Source: a virus (taxonomy: Duplodnaviria; Heunggongvirae; Uroviricota; Caudoviricetes). Taken from it: a DNA stretch of 64,000 bases. The notes below the pieces were generated by a model. It had not been told where the DNA came from and ran no database searches. It saw only the letters and a list, made by a program, of their open reading frames with translations. The stretch covers positions 102,640 to 166,639 of IMG/VR virus record IMGVR_UViG_3300025838_000019; one strand, 5' to 3'. Below are positions 15,591 through 25,844 of this stretch, in pieces. Both the position numbers and the translations under genes were made by a program. Every line of letters begins with the position of its first letter. Positions within the stretch are counted from its first letter, which is position 1.

Positions 15591-16340
15591 ATGGCAGCTC
15601 AACAGGGTTTTCAATATGAAGAAAATGCAGCAAAGGTTTTGAAAAAGATGGGTATTGTTCCTAAAAACTTTACACCTGCTGGTGCAAGCCATGACCAACC
15701 AGACTTGATGTTGGAACACAACAAGAAAAAGTCTGGATGTGAATTGAAGATTACAGCTGCATCAGCAGGTTCTCTTGTTTTGAAATACGATACAAAAGAT
15801 AAAAAGAATCCGTGGAAATTTGGTGACATTGACAAAAACGATACAGAAAAGATGTTCATCAAAGACTTGGCTGATGAGATTGGATTGTTTGATACAATTA
15901 GAAAACAATGGAAAGAGATTCCATTCAAAAGAGAAAAAGATGAATTGTGGGAAGCCACAGCAGGTAAACTAACCAAGAAGCAAATCTATGAAAGAGATAG
16001 AGACACCTTCAAGGACATTCGAGGTGAAATTCCTGCAACAAAAATTGAACAGTATTATAACAAGAAGAAGACCTACTATGTAAACGTAGGAACACACGGA
16101 TTTTATTTGATGGGTAGAAGTAACCCATTAAAGTTAAAAGATGTACCAACTTTTGGTTCATCAGCTAAGGCAACATATCGTGCAAGAGTACAATATAAAG
16201 GAAGTGACAATTATCAATTCACTTTTGAAATGCAGTTCTCCATACCCGCTGCAAAAAAGTCACCTTACAACATAGCACCTGTCGATGGTAAAACTGTAAA
16301 GATCATCGAAAAGGATATCAACTTAAACTGTTTCGTATAA
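15591..16340 (+). CDS. Hypothetical protein (249 aa)
   Basis: GAGG RBS; lysine-rich. Confidence 0.5.
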   Translation: MAAQQGFQYEENAAKVLKKMGIVPKNFTPAGASHDQPDLMLEHNKKKSGCELKITAASAGSLVLKYDTKDKKNPWKFGDIDKNDTEKMFIKDLADEIGLFDTIRKQWKEIPFKREKDELWEATAGKLTKKQIYERDRDTFKDIRGEIPATKIEQYYNKKKTYYVNVGTHGFYLMGRSNPLKLKDVPTFGSSAKATYRARVQYKGSDNYQFTFEMQFSIPAAKKSPYNIAPVDGKTVKIIEKDINLNCFV

Positions 16341-16341
16341 A

Positions 16342-16644
16342 ATGGCACTCGTAGATTTTGACAAACTCGCAAAAGAATATGCTAGCGTTAACGTTAGTGA
16401 TACATTCAATTTTTCTGCTATATCGGAAGATGAATACAAAAAAACTCTTGAAGATGCACAAAATGATGCATCAGAATTGACAGCTGAACAATATAAAGAA
16501 AAGTTGAAGAAACTTGAAGCAATGATTGTTCCTTTCCTACACAAACTACATAGTACAGGCGATAAAGAATATATCTATTGGCCTAATCGTAAACCTGTTA
16601 TTGAAAAACAAATTGAAGAAATTTTGAAACTGACTAGAGAATGA
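16342..16644 (+). CDS. Hypothetical acidic protein (100 aa)
   Basis: ORF tightly packed between neighbours. Confidence 0.45.
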   Translation: MALVDFDKLAKEYASVNVSDTFNFSAISEDEYKKTLEDAQNDASELTAEQYKEKLKKLEAMIVPFLHKLHSTGDKEYIYWPNRKPVIEKQIEEILKLTRE

Positions 16645-16645
16645 T

Positions 16646-17353
16646 ATGACTGCTACTGTTATTATGCCAACTACAGGTTCGCCTGAGTTGAAAGATGCTT
16701 TGACTTCGGTATTAAATCAAACTTACCCAACAACCGCATATGTTGTTGCGGATGGACCAAAGGCACATTCATCGACAAGACTGAATGTTGGTTACCATGA
16801 AAATCTATACATTTGTAATTTACCAATCAACGTTGGTGCAAATGGTTATTATGGCCATCGTGTGTATGCCGCTTTTACACATTTGGTAAATACCAAGTAT
16901 GTTCTTTACTTGGATCAAGATTGTTGGTTTGAACCAACTCACGTAGAGTCTTGCATCAAACACATAGAAGAAAACAACCTAGACTGGTCCTATTCACTCC
17001 GGAACATCATGGATAAAGATGGTAAATTCTTGACTACCGATGATTGTGAATCTCTTGGTAAATGGCCAGTTTTTAGTGGTAATTATAACCATATAGACAC
17101 TAATTGCTATTGCATAAAAACTGAAGTTGCGATAAAATTGGCACAGATTTGGCACGGTGGTTGGGGACAAGATAGAGTTTGGTTACAAGCCTTGTCGCAA
17201 TACTTTCCAAAATTTGATTGTACGGGTGAATACACCGTCAATTATAGAGTTGCAGGAAATGCTGGCTCAGTAAAACCAGAATTCTTCTTGCATGGTAATG
17301 AAGTGATGAAACAGAAATATAATGGAGTTTTCCCATGGCGAAACAAAATCTAA
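16646..17353 (+). CDS. Glycosyltransferase family 2-like (235 aa)
   Basis: N-terminal IMPTTGSPELKDALTSVLNQTYP and DxD-like LDQDCWF typical of GT-A fold GT2 enzymes. Confidence 0.6.
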   Translation: MTATVIMPTTGSPELKDALTSVLNQTYPTTAYVVADGPKAHSSTRLNVGYHENLYICNLPINVGANGYYGHRVYAAFTHLVNTKYVLYLDQDCWFEPTHVESCIKHIEENNLDWSYSLRNIMDKDGKFLTTDDCESLGKWPVFSGNYNHIDTNCYCIKTEVAIKLAQIWHGGWGQDRVWLQALSQYFPKFDCTGEYTVNYRVAGNAGSVKPEFFLHGNEVMKQKYNGVFPWRNKI

Positions 17354-18201
17354 TTATTGGTGGTTGCACCAATTACGGTATCAATGAACTAAAACCATGG
17401 GTGTTGTCTATCAATGAGACAATGCCTAATGTGAAAAAAGTAATGTGTGTTGGTAATGCGACACAAGAAACCAGAGATTGGTTGGTTGAACAAGGCTTTG
17501 AAATTTTTCCTATGCCACAAGCCAACATTCCAGTTCATGTGTTGCGCTTCTTGTCTATCTATGAATACCTACGTCAGAATTGGGAACAGTTTGAATATGT
17601 TATCACCACTGATGTGAAAGATGTGTACTTCCAAAAAGACGCATTTAAATTCTTAGACTACCATAATGTTGGTGTCAGAGATATGCACCAATTGGTTTGT
17701 GCCTCCGAAGCACTGAAATACAAAGATGAATCTTGGGGTAACGAGAACTTATTGCAAGCCTATGGTCCATACATCCACAATCTGTTCAAAGATAATATTA
17801 TCTTCAACGTTGGTGTTCTAGGTGGTTCTGCTGAATACATGAGAGACTTGGTGTTTAACATCTTCTCTAATGCAACCAATCGTCCAATTGCTATTGTTGA
17901 CCAAGCCGTGTTCAACGTACTAATCAACACACAACCATACAAAAATATTGTGTTCAAAACTTGGATGGATCATGGTTGGGCAGTTCAAGCAGGTACAGTT
18001 GCAGACCCATCTAAGATTGATGGTTTCAGACCAAATCTTTTGGAACCAGAACCAAAATTTGTTGATGGTAAAGTAGTCAACTCTAAAGGCACAGAATTTG
18101 CCATCGTACACCAATATGACCGTGTGCCAGAATGGAAGAAGTTCGTGGCTGAAAAATACGGACAAGAAGATCAATCTCAATATTTTACATATAAAGCATG
18201 A
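17335..18201 (+). CDS. Hypothetical protein in glycosylation cluster (288 aa)
   Basis: Coupled between two GT genes; no clear motif. Confidence 0.45.
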   Translation: MAKQNLIIGGCTNYGINELKPWVLSINETMPNVKKVMCVGNATQETRDWLVEQGFEIFPMPQANIPVHVLRFLSIYEYLRQNWEQFEYVITTDVKDVYFQKDAFKFLDYHNVGVRDMHQLVCASEALKYKDESWGNENLLQAYGPYIHNLFKDNIIFNVGVLGGSAEYMRDLVFNIFSNATNRPIAIVDQAVFNVLINTQPYKNIVFKTWMDHGWAVQAGTVADPSKIDGFRPNLLEPEPKFVDGKVVNSKGTEFAIVHQYDRVPEWKKFVAEKYGQEDQSQYFTYKA

Positions 18202-19187
18202 AAAAAATCTTATACGTAGTGCATCGTTATGCACCATACCCTGGTGGTTCTGAAAATTATGTGCGTGATATGGCTGAAGAAACCTTATCACGTGGTCATC
18301 AAGTTGCCGTATTTGCAGGCGAACACAAAGGTGATGTGAACGGAGTTAGAGTAACTTCAGATGTACAAATCTTTGGTGAAAAATGGGACTTGATTGTTGT
18401 TCATGGTGGTGATGTACCATTACAAGATTTTGTTCTTACAAACATCAATAAAATCCCTTCGCCGGTTATGTTTATGTTGATTCGTCCTTCACAATCATAT
18501 ACCTATACTGTTGCAATGAGAGACTGTAGTTACATTGCTTGTTCAACCGAAGAAGATTGGGAATTTGTTAGAGCCAAAGGTTATGAACATAAGTCAGTAC
18601 AAGTATCACATGGCGTTGTCGGTGATAACTGTTTGGCTAATAGAAAGAAATACGAATCTTTACCTGATCTTACAGATGATACTTTCCGTAAAAGATACGA
18701 TATCAAAACTAAAAACATGTTCTTGTCTTGTGGTGGTTTCTGGCCAAACAAAGCATTCCATGAACTTATCGATTGTTTTAAGAAAGCAAACCCATCAGAT
18801 ACAACATTAGTGTTGACTGGTTATGATAATCGTCACGGTATCATGCCACCAGATGAGGAAAACATCAGAACATTGATGTTAGACAATCACAAAGAAGTGT
18901 ATGAAGCTATTGCGGAATCAGACCTATATATTATGCACTCACACAGTGAAGGTTTTGGTCTAGTTCTATTGGAGTCGATGGTCAACACGACTCCTTGGGC
19001 TGCAAGAAACATTGCTGGTGCTAGAGTATTGAAAGACTATGGTTTCACATATGATAATGATGAACAGTTGATTGAATATTTGAAAGATTTTAAACCTGAT
19101 CTAAATCAAATTTCGGAAGGTTATCATTTTGTATGGAAGAACCATCAAATTAAAAATACAGTTGATGGAATATTGAACGTACTATGA
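18198..19187 (+). CDS. Glycosyltransferase family 1/4-like (329 aa)
   Basis: GGSENYVRDMAEE N-terminus and C-terminal EGFGLVLLESM motif (GT-B fold EX7E region). Confidence 0.65.
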   Translation: MKKILYVVHRYAPYPGGSENYVRDMAEETLSRGHQVAVFAGEHKGDVNGVRVTSDVQIFGEKWDLIVVHGGDVPLQDFVLTNINKIPSPVMFMLIRPSQSYTYTVAMRDCSYIACSTEEDWEFVRAKGYEHKSVQVSHGVVGDNCLANRKKYESLPDLTDDTFRKRYDIKTKNMFLSCGGFWPNKAFHELIDCFKKANPSDTTLVLTGYDNRHGIMPPDEENIRTLMLDNHKEVYEAIAESDLYIMHSHSEGFGLVLLESMVNTTPWAARNIAGARVLKDYGFTYDNDEQLIEYLKDFKPDLNQISEGYHFVWKNHQIKNTVDGILNVL

Positions 19188-20557
19188 CCAAATTAGTTAT
19201 CTTTGACCTTGATGGTGTGTTACTTGATTCACGTGAATTACATTATGAAGCTTTGAATGAAGCACTTCGTAAAATCGGTGAACAATTCATAATCACCAGA
19301 GAAGAACACCTATCGACCTACGATGGGTTAAACACCACCAAAAAACTCCAGTTGTTATCACAAAACAAAGGTTTGCCAACAGAATTGTACGACCAAGTTT
19401 GGCAAGATAAACAACAAGCAACCTTTGACTTAATTCCAAATGCACCAAAAAATCCTTCAATAAGATATATTGTAGGCCAATTAAAGTTGCATGGTTGGAA
19501 AGTTGCTGTTGCATCAAACTCAATACGACACACAGTAAAGCTTGCATTAGCTTCTATGGGTGTATTGGAACACATTGATTACTATGTGAGTAATGAAGAT
19601 GTGTTTAGAACAAAACCATATCCAGAAATGTATTGGAAATGCATGACCGCATTAGGTGCTTTACCAAAAGATACAATCATCGTTGAAGATAGTCACATTG
19701 GTCGTGAAGGTGCAATCAATTCTGGCGCAACATTATATCCAGTGAAAGATGCTTACGAATTAAATGGTATAGTGTTTATGCAATATCTCGAAAGCTTTGA
19801 GAAATCACAAACAAGTAAAAATATACCATGGAGAAATAAAAAGATGAACGTACTTATTCCTATGGCTGGTGCAGGTTCTAGATTTGCACAAGCTGGTTAT
19901 ACATTCCCTAAACCATTGATTGATGTGAATGGTAAACCAATGATTCAGGTTGTGGTTGATAACCTAAACGTTGAAGCACACTTCATTTTCTTGGTTCAAA
20001 AAGAACACTACGAGAAGTACAATCTACAATCAGTTTTGAATTTGATTGCACCTGGATGTGATATTGTACAAGTTGATGGCTTGACAGAAGGTGCTGCATG
20101 TACTACACTATTAGCTAAAGACTTCATTAATAATGATGAACCATTGTTGATGGCTAACTCAGACCAATTCGTAGAATGGAACTCCAATGAATGTTTATAT
20201 GCTTTTACTGCCGACTCAATTGATGGTGGCATTGTCACTTTTAAGTCAACTCATCCTAAGTGGTCTTTTGCCAAAATCGGAGAAGACGGATTTGTTACAG
20301 AAGTCGCTGAGAAGAATCCTATTAGTGACATTGCTACTGTCGGTATTTACTATTGGAGCCATGGTTCTGACTACGTGAAGTATGCAGAACAGATGATTGC
20401 AAAAAATATTCGTGTCAATAACGAATACTATGTTTGTCCAGTATTCAATGAAGCTATTGCAGATGGCAAGAAATTCCGTGTGAAGAACATTAATAAAATG
20501 TGGGGTCTAGGTACTCCAGAAGATTTACAACATTATTTGGAACACCACAAATCATGA
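19184..20557 (+). CDS. Bifunctional HAD-family phosphatase/phosphomutase + sugar-1-phosphate nucleotidyltransferase (457 aa)
   Basis: N-term LVIFDLDGVLLDS (HAD motif I, beta-phosphoglucomutase-like); C-term domain begins NVLIPMAGAGSRF (G-x-G-[ST]-R nucleotidyltransferase signature as in RmlA/GlmU). Confidence 0.65.
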   Translation: MTKLVIFDLDGVLLDSRELHYEALNEALRKIGEQFIITREEHLSTYDGLNTTKKLQLLSQNKGLPTELYDQVWQDKQQATFDLIPNAPKNPSIRYIVGQLKLHGWKVAVASNSIRHTVKLALASMGVLEHIDYYVSNEDVFRTKPYPEMYWKCMTALGALPKDTIIVEDSHIGREGAINSGATLYPVKDAYELNGIVFMQYLESFEKSQTSKNIPWRNKKMNVLIPMAGAGSRFAQAGYTFPKPLIDVNGKPMIQVVVDNLNVEAHFIFLVQKEHYEKYNLQSVLNLIAPGCDIVQVDGLTEGAACTTLLAKDFINNDEPLLMANSDQFVEWNSNECLYAFTADSIDGGIVTFKSTHPKWSFAKIGEDGFVTEVAEKNPISDIATVGIYYWSHGSDYVKYAEQMIAKNIRVNNEYYVCPVFNEAIADGKKFRVKNINKMWGLGTPEDLQHYLEHHKS

Positions 20558-21273
20558 ACGTAGCATTAGTTTTAACAGGACACTTGCGTTGTTGGGAACA
20601 AGTGTTTCCAAACACCAAAGAAACAATCCTTGATCGTTGGAACCCAGACGTATTCATCCATTCTTGGGACGAACAAGCTTGGTGGGACCCACATAGTAAA
20701 GAAGGTTTTGTTGCAAATTCACCTGAAATTGATATCAAAGGTGTTCGTGAAGCATATAAACCTGTTTCTTTTGTAACTGAAGACTTTGAAAACTATCGTG
20801 CAGGCTTTGACCAACACGCCGAATTATATGAAAAACACTATCATGTAAAACGTAATATCATTTCCATGTTCTATAAGATGCACAAGGGTATGGAATTGGT
20901 AAATGATTATACAGCTAGAACAGGCAAACACTACGATATGGTTATTCGTATGCGTCCTGATTTGGTGTTTAAGAATCATCTACCCAACTTTGATCCTAAT
21001 AAATTCTATACTATCTTGCATAGAAACCATGTTGGCCAAGGTACAGGTGATATGTTCCAAGTCAGTAACCCATGGTTGATGACCATTTATACAAACATAC
21101 TTACCGTTCTACCGCACATCTATAAAGAAACTGGCATTTTGTGTCCACATATTGTATCAGAACACTTCTTTAAAAAGATGAACTTTCCTTGGGAAGAATT
21201 TCCAATCGAACGTATGTTGATGCACACTCCAGCCGGTGAGTATAAACCAAAACAAGTATACGGATTTCAATGA
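20554..21273 (+). CDS. Hypothetical protein in glycosylation cluster (239 aa)
   Basis: ATGA overlap with upstream gene; Trp/His-rich, no clear motif. Confidence 0.45.
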   Translation: MNVALVLTGHLRCWEQVFPNTKETILDRWNPDVFIHSWDEQAWWDPHSKEGFVANSPEIDIKGVREAYKPVSFVTEDFENYRAGFDQHAELYEKHYHVKRNIISMFYKMHKGMELVNDYTARTGKHYDMVIRMRPDLVFKNHLPNFDPNKFYTILHRNHVGQGTGDMFQVSNPWLMTIYTNILTVLPHIYKETGILCPHIVSEHFFKKMNFPWEEFPIERMLMHTPAGEYKPKQVYGFQ

Positions 21274-21728
21274 TTTATATTGCACATAGAGGCCTGATTG
21301 CAGGTCCAGACAAAGACAAAGAAAATAACCCTGAATGGATTCAAGAAGTTTTGAATAAGGGTTTTTCGGCTGAGATTGACCTATGGAGATACAACGATGA
21401 GTTAATCTTAGGTCACGATGAACCACAATATAGAGTCTCGATAGACTTCTTACTGGCTAACCGTCAGAAGTTGTGGATACATGCAAAAGATATTGATGCA
21501 TTAGAGTATCTGTCCACTGGTCAAGGTCTAAACTACTTCTGGCACGACAAAGACGACTACACCATTACTAGCTATGGTTATATTTGGGCTTATCCAGGTA
21601 AGAAAGTACCTTCAATGGGTATTTGCGTACAACCGGAATGGGACAGCAATTTTGACCCTACGAACTTTAAACCTAAATGCATAGGTATTTGTTCAAAACA
21701 TGTCGGACTACTAGCCGAATATAACTAA
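21270..21728 (+). CDS. Glycerophosphodiester phosphodiesterase (GDPD)-like protein, short (152 aa)
   Basis: IAHRGL...ENNPEW...FSAEIDLWRYNDELILGHDEP mirrors GDPD catalytic N-terminal motifs (HRG...ENT...E.D...HD). Confidence 0.5.
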   Translation: MIYIAHRGLIAGPDKDKENNPEWIQEVLNKGFSAEIDLWRYNDELILGHDEPQYRVSIDFLLANRQKLWIHAKDIDALEYLSTGQGLNYFWHDKDDYTITSYGYIWAYPGKKVPSMGICVQPEWDSNFDPTNFKPKCIGICSKHVGLLAEYN

Positions 21729-21775
21729 ATAGTCCTTAGGTACAACCATAGTGTGTTGCATTTCTAAAGGTATTC

Positions 21776-22954
21776 ATGTATACATTCAAGTCGTTTTTAA
21801 CAGAAGAAACCGAAGAAGGTACGAAACTTAAGCATATTACTCATGCTGAGGATCGTCCTTTGCAGCATGGAGCAAAAGGGTTTCAACATGCATATAATGC
21901 TTTACATCATGTGCATGACCATATCAAATCAGGTGCAAATAGTTCGGCTCTAACTATGAAATATGATGGTTCTCCGTCAGTTGTTTTCGGTCACCATCCA
22001 GAGACAGGTAAGTTTTTTGTTGCATCAAAATCAGCCTTCAACAAGAACCCTAAACTGAATTTCAACCACAAAGATATTCAAAAGAACCATGGCCACGCAC
22101 CAGGTTTGATGGACAAACTACATTCCGCACTGAATCATCTACCAAAAATTGCACCAAAATCTGGTGTGTATCAAGGTGACCTGATGTATTCAGAAGGTGA
22201 TTTGAAACACAAAGATGGTGGAAAAGTATCGTTTGAACCAAATACCATCAGATACACAGCCTCCGGTGACAAGGCAGATAAGATCAAAAATTCTAAGATG
22301 GGTATTATCGTGCATACACAATATCACGGTAACGATATCCATACGATGGCTGCGGATCCACATCCAGACCTACACAACTTTGCACAACACAAAGACGTAT
22401 GGCACCAGTCTGCAAACCACGACACAAAACACATTCACTATTCTGAAGAAGACCAAAAAGAATTTAAAAAACATATGGCCGAAGCTGATAAGATTCATTC
22501 AGCAAATAGAGGTACAATGTACAAAGCCACAGAACCACATCGTGGTGAAGGTAGTCATCTAGAAACTTACATTAACCATACAGTAAGAACCGATGAAGAA
22601 CCTACTTCTGAAGGTTTGAAAAAACACATTCAAGATAAGTATGACAAGTCAGCAGCTAAACTAAAAACTCCTGCTGGCAAGGCAAAACGATCACAAGAAG
22701 CAAAATCGCATATGTTACATATTGATGCAAATAAAGAACAATATGATAACATGTTAAAAATGCACTCACATCTACAAGCTGCTAAAAATGTTCTAATTAA
22801 AAACTTAGAACAACATGAGGGTGGACTTGAACATCATATTGACAACAAGAGAAGTAAGCCAGAAGGTTTCGTTGTCAATCATGGTGGCGAACCAACTAAA
22901 TTGGTTAACCGTAAAGAGTTTGCTCGTGCCAATTTATTGAAGGTTAGAAAATGA
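21776..22954 (+). CDS. His/Lys-rich low-complexity protein (392 aa)
   Basis: About 10% His, many HxH/HH dipeptides; no enzymatic motif. Confidence 0.55.
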   Translation: MYTFKSFLTEETEEGTKLKHITHAEDRPLQHGAKGFQHAYNALHHVHDHIKSGANSSALTMKYDGSPSVVFGHHPETGKFFVASKSAFNKNPKLNFNHKDIQKNHGHAPGLMDKLHSALNHLPKIAPKSGVYQGDLMYSEGDLKHKDGGKVSFEPNTIRYTASGDKADKIKNSKMGIIVHTQYHGNDIHTMAADPHPDLHNFAQHKDVWHQSANHDTKHIHYSEEDQKEFKKHMAEADKIHSANRGTMYKATEPHRGEGSHLETYINHTVRTDEEPTSEGLKKHIQDKYDKSAAKLKTPAGKAKRSQEAKSHMLHIDANKEQYDNMLKMHSHLQAAKNVLIKNLEQHEGGLEHHIDNKRSKPEGFVVNHGGEPTKLVNRKEFARANLLKVRK

Positions 22955-23946
22955 AAACACTGAATTACTTATTGTTTGAAGCATTAGAAATGTCACGTGG
23001 TTTCATCAAAGGAACTGGTGCAGAAGCTGCACGCCACGAAAGACAATACATCACACCACATCTTGGTGCAACAGATTATACTCACACTCTAGGTAAAGCA
23101 CATGATGATGTACCGGCTGGCGCAAAGTTAATGTTCCACAAAACAGAAGTGCTTGATGGTAAATTGCATGTACATGCTACTGACGACCAAACTCGTACAA
23201 AACATGTTATTCCAGTTTCAAAGATTCATAAACCAGGTGAAGTAAAAGCCAACAAAGGTTTTGCATATGAACAACAATTCGTTGACCGTTTGAAGAAACA
23301 TGGTTTGATGGAAGGTGAAGCTGCTGGTTTCACATCAGGTAATGACTTCAATCTAGTTAACAAAAAGAACAAGACCAAACACAAAGGTGAAGTACACAAC
23401 GAAAGTGCTTTACAAGGTGAAACAAAAGCAGGCAAGACAGCCGCATTTGGTCAACTAACAATTGCATACGATAAGAAAAAAGGTGGTTGGCATATTCCAG
23501 ATGATGCTCGTCAAAAACGACCTGGTTATGCAAAACACATTGAAGACAAGGGTATTGTTGAACATATGAACAAACACCACAAACCAGAAAAACAAGGTCT
23601 GGTTGCTGGTGGTCCACTTGCAAAGAACGTTATGTTTGAACATGATAATTTAGAACCAGCAAATGCATATTTGGGTGACCATCATGTAGACGTTGTTCAA
23701 GTTGGTAAACATGGAACATACAAGGTCGGTAAGAAAGATAAAACAGGCCACGGTCTTCCTAGTTTGACAGGTAAAGGTCAATGGAGAGTCCGCCAAAAGA
23801 CTGCCGATCCACTAAAACGTACAGTACAATTCATGGTTAAAAATGCAGATAAGAGTCACGTTGACCTAGATAATGATGACCACTTGGCAGCCATGGCAAA
23901 AACATTGGGTCATAAACCACTTAACTTCAAGAAATCAGAAGAATGA
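22951..23946 (+). CDS. His/Lys-rich low-complexity protein (331 aa), paralog-like of 21776
   Basis: Similar composition (KH-rich, HKPEKQG, HHKPEK). Confidence 0.55.
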   Translation: MKTLNYLLFEALEMSRGFIKGTGAEAARHERQYITPHLGATDYTHTLGKAHDDVPAGAKLMFHKTEVLDGKLHVHATDDQTRTKHVIPVSKIHKPGEVKANKGFAYEQQFVDRLKKHGLMEGEAAGFTSGNDFNLVNKKNKTKHKGEVHNESALQGETKAGKTAAFGQLTIAYDKKKGGWHIPDDARQKRPGYAKHIEDKGIVEHMNKHHKPEKQGLVAGGPLAKNVMFEHDNLEPANAYLGDHHVDVVQVGKHGTYKVGKKDKTGHGLPSLTGKGQWRVRQKTADPLKRTVQFMVKNADKSHVDLDNDDHLAAMAKTLGHKPLNFKKSEE

Positions 23947-25844
23947 AATCATTCCTACAGTTAGTCGAGGAAAAAGAAAAAACCAAAAAGCCAGTCGTAA
24001 TGGCTTTTGGTCGTATGAATCCGCCTACAACCGGTCACTTAAAACTGATCGATAAGGTACGTTCAGAAGCAGAGAAACGTAAAGCTGCACATACAATTAT
24101 TGTTTCTCATTCACAAGACACCAAAAAGAACCCACTTTCTGGTGCTCAAAAGGTTAAACACCTAAAGCGTTATTCTCCAGGTACTCACTTTGAAGCATCT
24201 TCAAAAGAACACCCAACAATTATGCACCATGCAGCACGTTTACATGCAGCAGGTCATGACCACTTGGTGGTTGTTGGTGGTTCAGACCGTGTAAAAGAAT
24301 ACCACGATTTATTGCACCGTTACAATGGAAAACCAGATAAGTCTGGCCATGTACCTTTCAACTTTAAAAAGATTGAAGTGGTTTCAGCAGGACACCGTGA
24401 TCCTGACGCTGAAGGTGCAGAAGGTATGTCCGCTACTAAGATGAGAGATCACGCCAAGAATAATGACTTCAGTTCATTCCGTCAGGGTGTGCCACATCAC
24501 GTTTCAGATAACCATGCAAGAGAATTGATGAAAGATGTCCGTAAAGGTATGGGTATCAACGAATCTTTTGACCATGGTATCTTTAAGGCAGTTTTTGTGA
24601 CTGGTGGTCCAGGTTCTGGTAAAGATGTTGTTATTCGTGAAGCCATTCCAGAAGCACATGCAGTAGAATTGAATGTGGTTCAAGCTTACGATTACCTTGC
24701 AGACAAAATGAAGTTGTCGGAACAGTCTAGTGACTACCGCAGAGAAGCATTGCGTACCCGTGGTCCTTTGATTATCAATGGTCCAGCCGATGACATTCAA
24801 CGTATTTCATACATCAAAGAAGAGCTAGAAGAACTAGGATATAACACTTTGATGATTTTTGTACACACTTCCGATGAAGTATCACAAGAGCGCAACACCA
24901 GATTGTCACGTATGATGGTAGAATCCGTAAGACATGACAAATGGATTCGTTCACAAAAAAGTAAAGATATGTACTTTGAAATGTTTGAACACATGATTGA
25001 ATTTGATAACTCCGATTCGATTATTGAAGAAAATATCAACGATATCTACCAAATTTCTGAAAAATTCTTTGATAAAAAGAGTTTCAATGACATTTCTGAG
25101 AGCTGGCTAGAAAGTCAAGGAAAGCTAAATATACTAGAGAAAAGTTCGAAATCTATTCAGACTTCTACCGTTAAAAAATACAACCCTTTCTATCAGGCAG
25201 CTGGACCGTCAGATGCAATTCCAGACAACGATAGAAAGAGAAGTTCATCGGATCAAATCAAGGGTGATACTTTCCCTAGAAAAAATCCTAATGGTAATGG
25301 TCATTCAGGTGGTGCTTGGTCTGGTGCATATAGTACCGAAGAAGCAAAACCTATGTTAAAGATTAGTGCTCCTCCAAAAGAACCAAAATTTAGACTTGAT
25401 AAAGATAAATTGAAGAAGTTGAAAAGAGGAGATACAAGTTTAAGTGCTGCTCGTGTTGGTAAACCTTCTGGCGTTGGACCAGAATATGATACGAGAGCTG
25501 GTGGTCAGGGTGCCGCAGCAGGCGCCGGCTTAGGTGACCAAACGTACAGTGAAGATTATGCTGGTCCTACAACAAGTAATGCAGATGTAAGCAATTATGC
25601 AGGTATGACTGGTGTATCCGTAAATCCTTTGGATTCAAGATATCAATCTAAAGAATTTGACAAATTTAGAAAGAAATTTAAGAAAGAAGCCATTGATGAT
25701 CCAGGTTCAACAGACATGGGTGTTGGCGGAACTCTTGGTGGTGCAAGTAACAAAGAAGGTATGGATACCTACAAGGATACCATGCGTAATGTACAAAACG
25801 ATTACGGTCTGAAAATTAAAAAGAAGAAAAAAGGGGCAAAATAA
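23943..25844 (+). CDS. Nucleotidyltransferase (T-x-G-H motif) + P-loop kinase-like domain + Gly/Lys-rich tail (633 aa); NadR-like architecture
   Basis: VVMAFGRMNPPTTGHLKLID (HxGH-class nucleotidyltransferase, PPAT/NMNAT-like) then VFVTGGPGSGKD Walker A, then disordered G/K-rich C-terminus. Confidence 0.5.
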   Translation: MKSFLQLVEEKEKTKKPVVMAFGRMNPPTTGHLKLIDKVRSEAEKRKAAHTIIVSHSQDTKKNPLSGAQKVKHLKRYSPGTHFEASSKEHPTIMHHAARLHAAGHDHLVVVGGSDRVKEYHDLLHRYNGKPDKSGHVPFNFKKIEVVSAGHRDPDAEGAEGMSATKMRDHAKNNDFSSFRQGVPHHVSDNHARELMKDVRKGMGINESFDHGIFKAVFVTGGPGSGKDVVIREAIPEAHAVELNVVQAYDYLADKMKLSEQSSDYRREALRTRGPLIINGPADDIQRISYIKEELEELGYNTLMIFVHTSDEVSQERNTRLSRMMVESVRHDKWIRSQKSKDMYFEMFEHMIEFDNSDSIIEENINDIYQISEKFFDKKSFNDISESWLESQGKLNILEKSSKSIQTSTVKKYNPFYQAAGPSDAIPDNDRKRSSSDQIKGDTFPRKNPNGNGHSGGAWSGAYSTEEAKPMLKISAPPKEPKFRLDKDKLKKLKRGDTSLSAARVGKPSGVGPEYDTRAGGQGAAAGAGLGDQTYSEDYAGPTTSNADVSNYAGMTGVSVNPLDSRYQSKEFDKFRKKFKKEAIDDPGSTDMGVGGTLGGASNKEGMDTYKDTMRNVQNDYGLKIKKKKKGAK

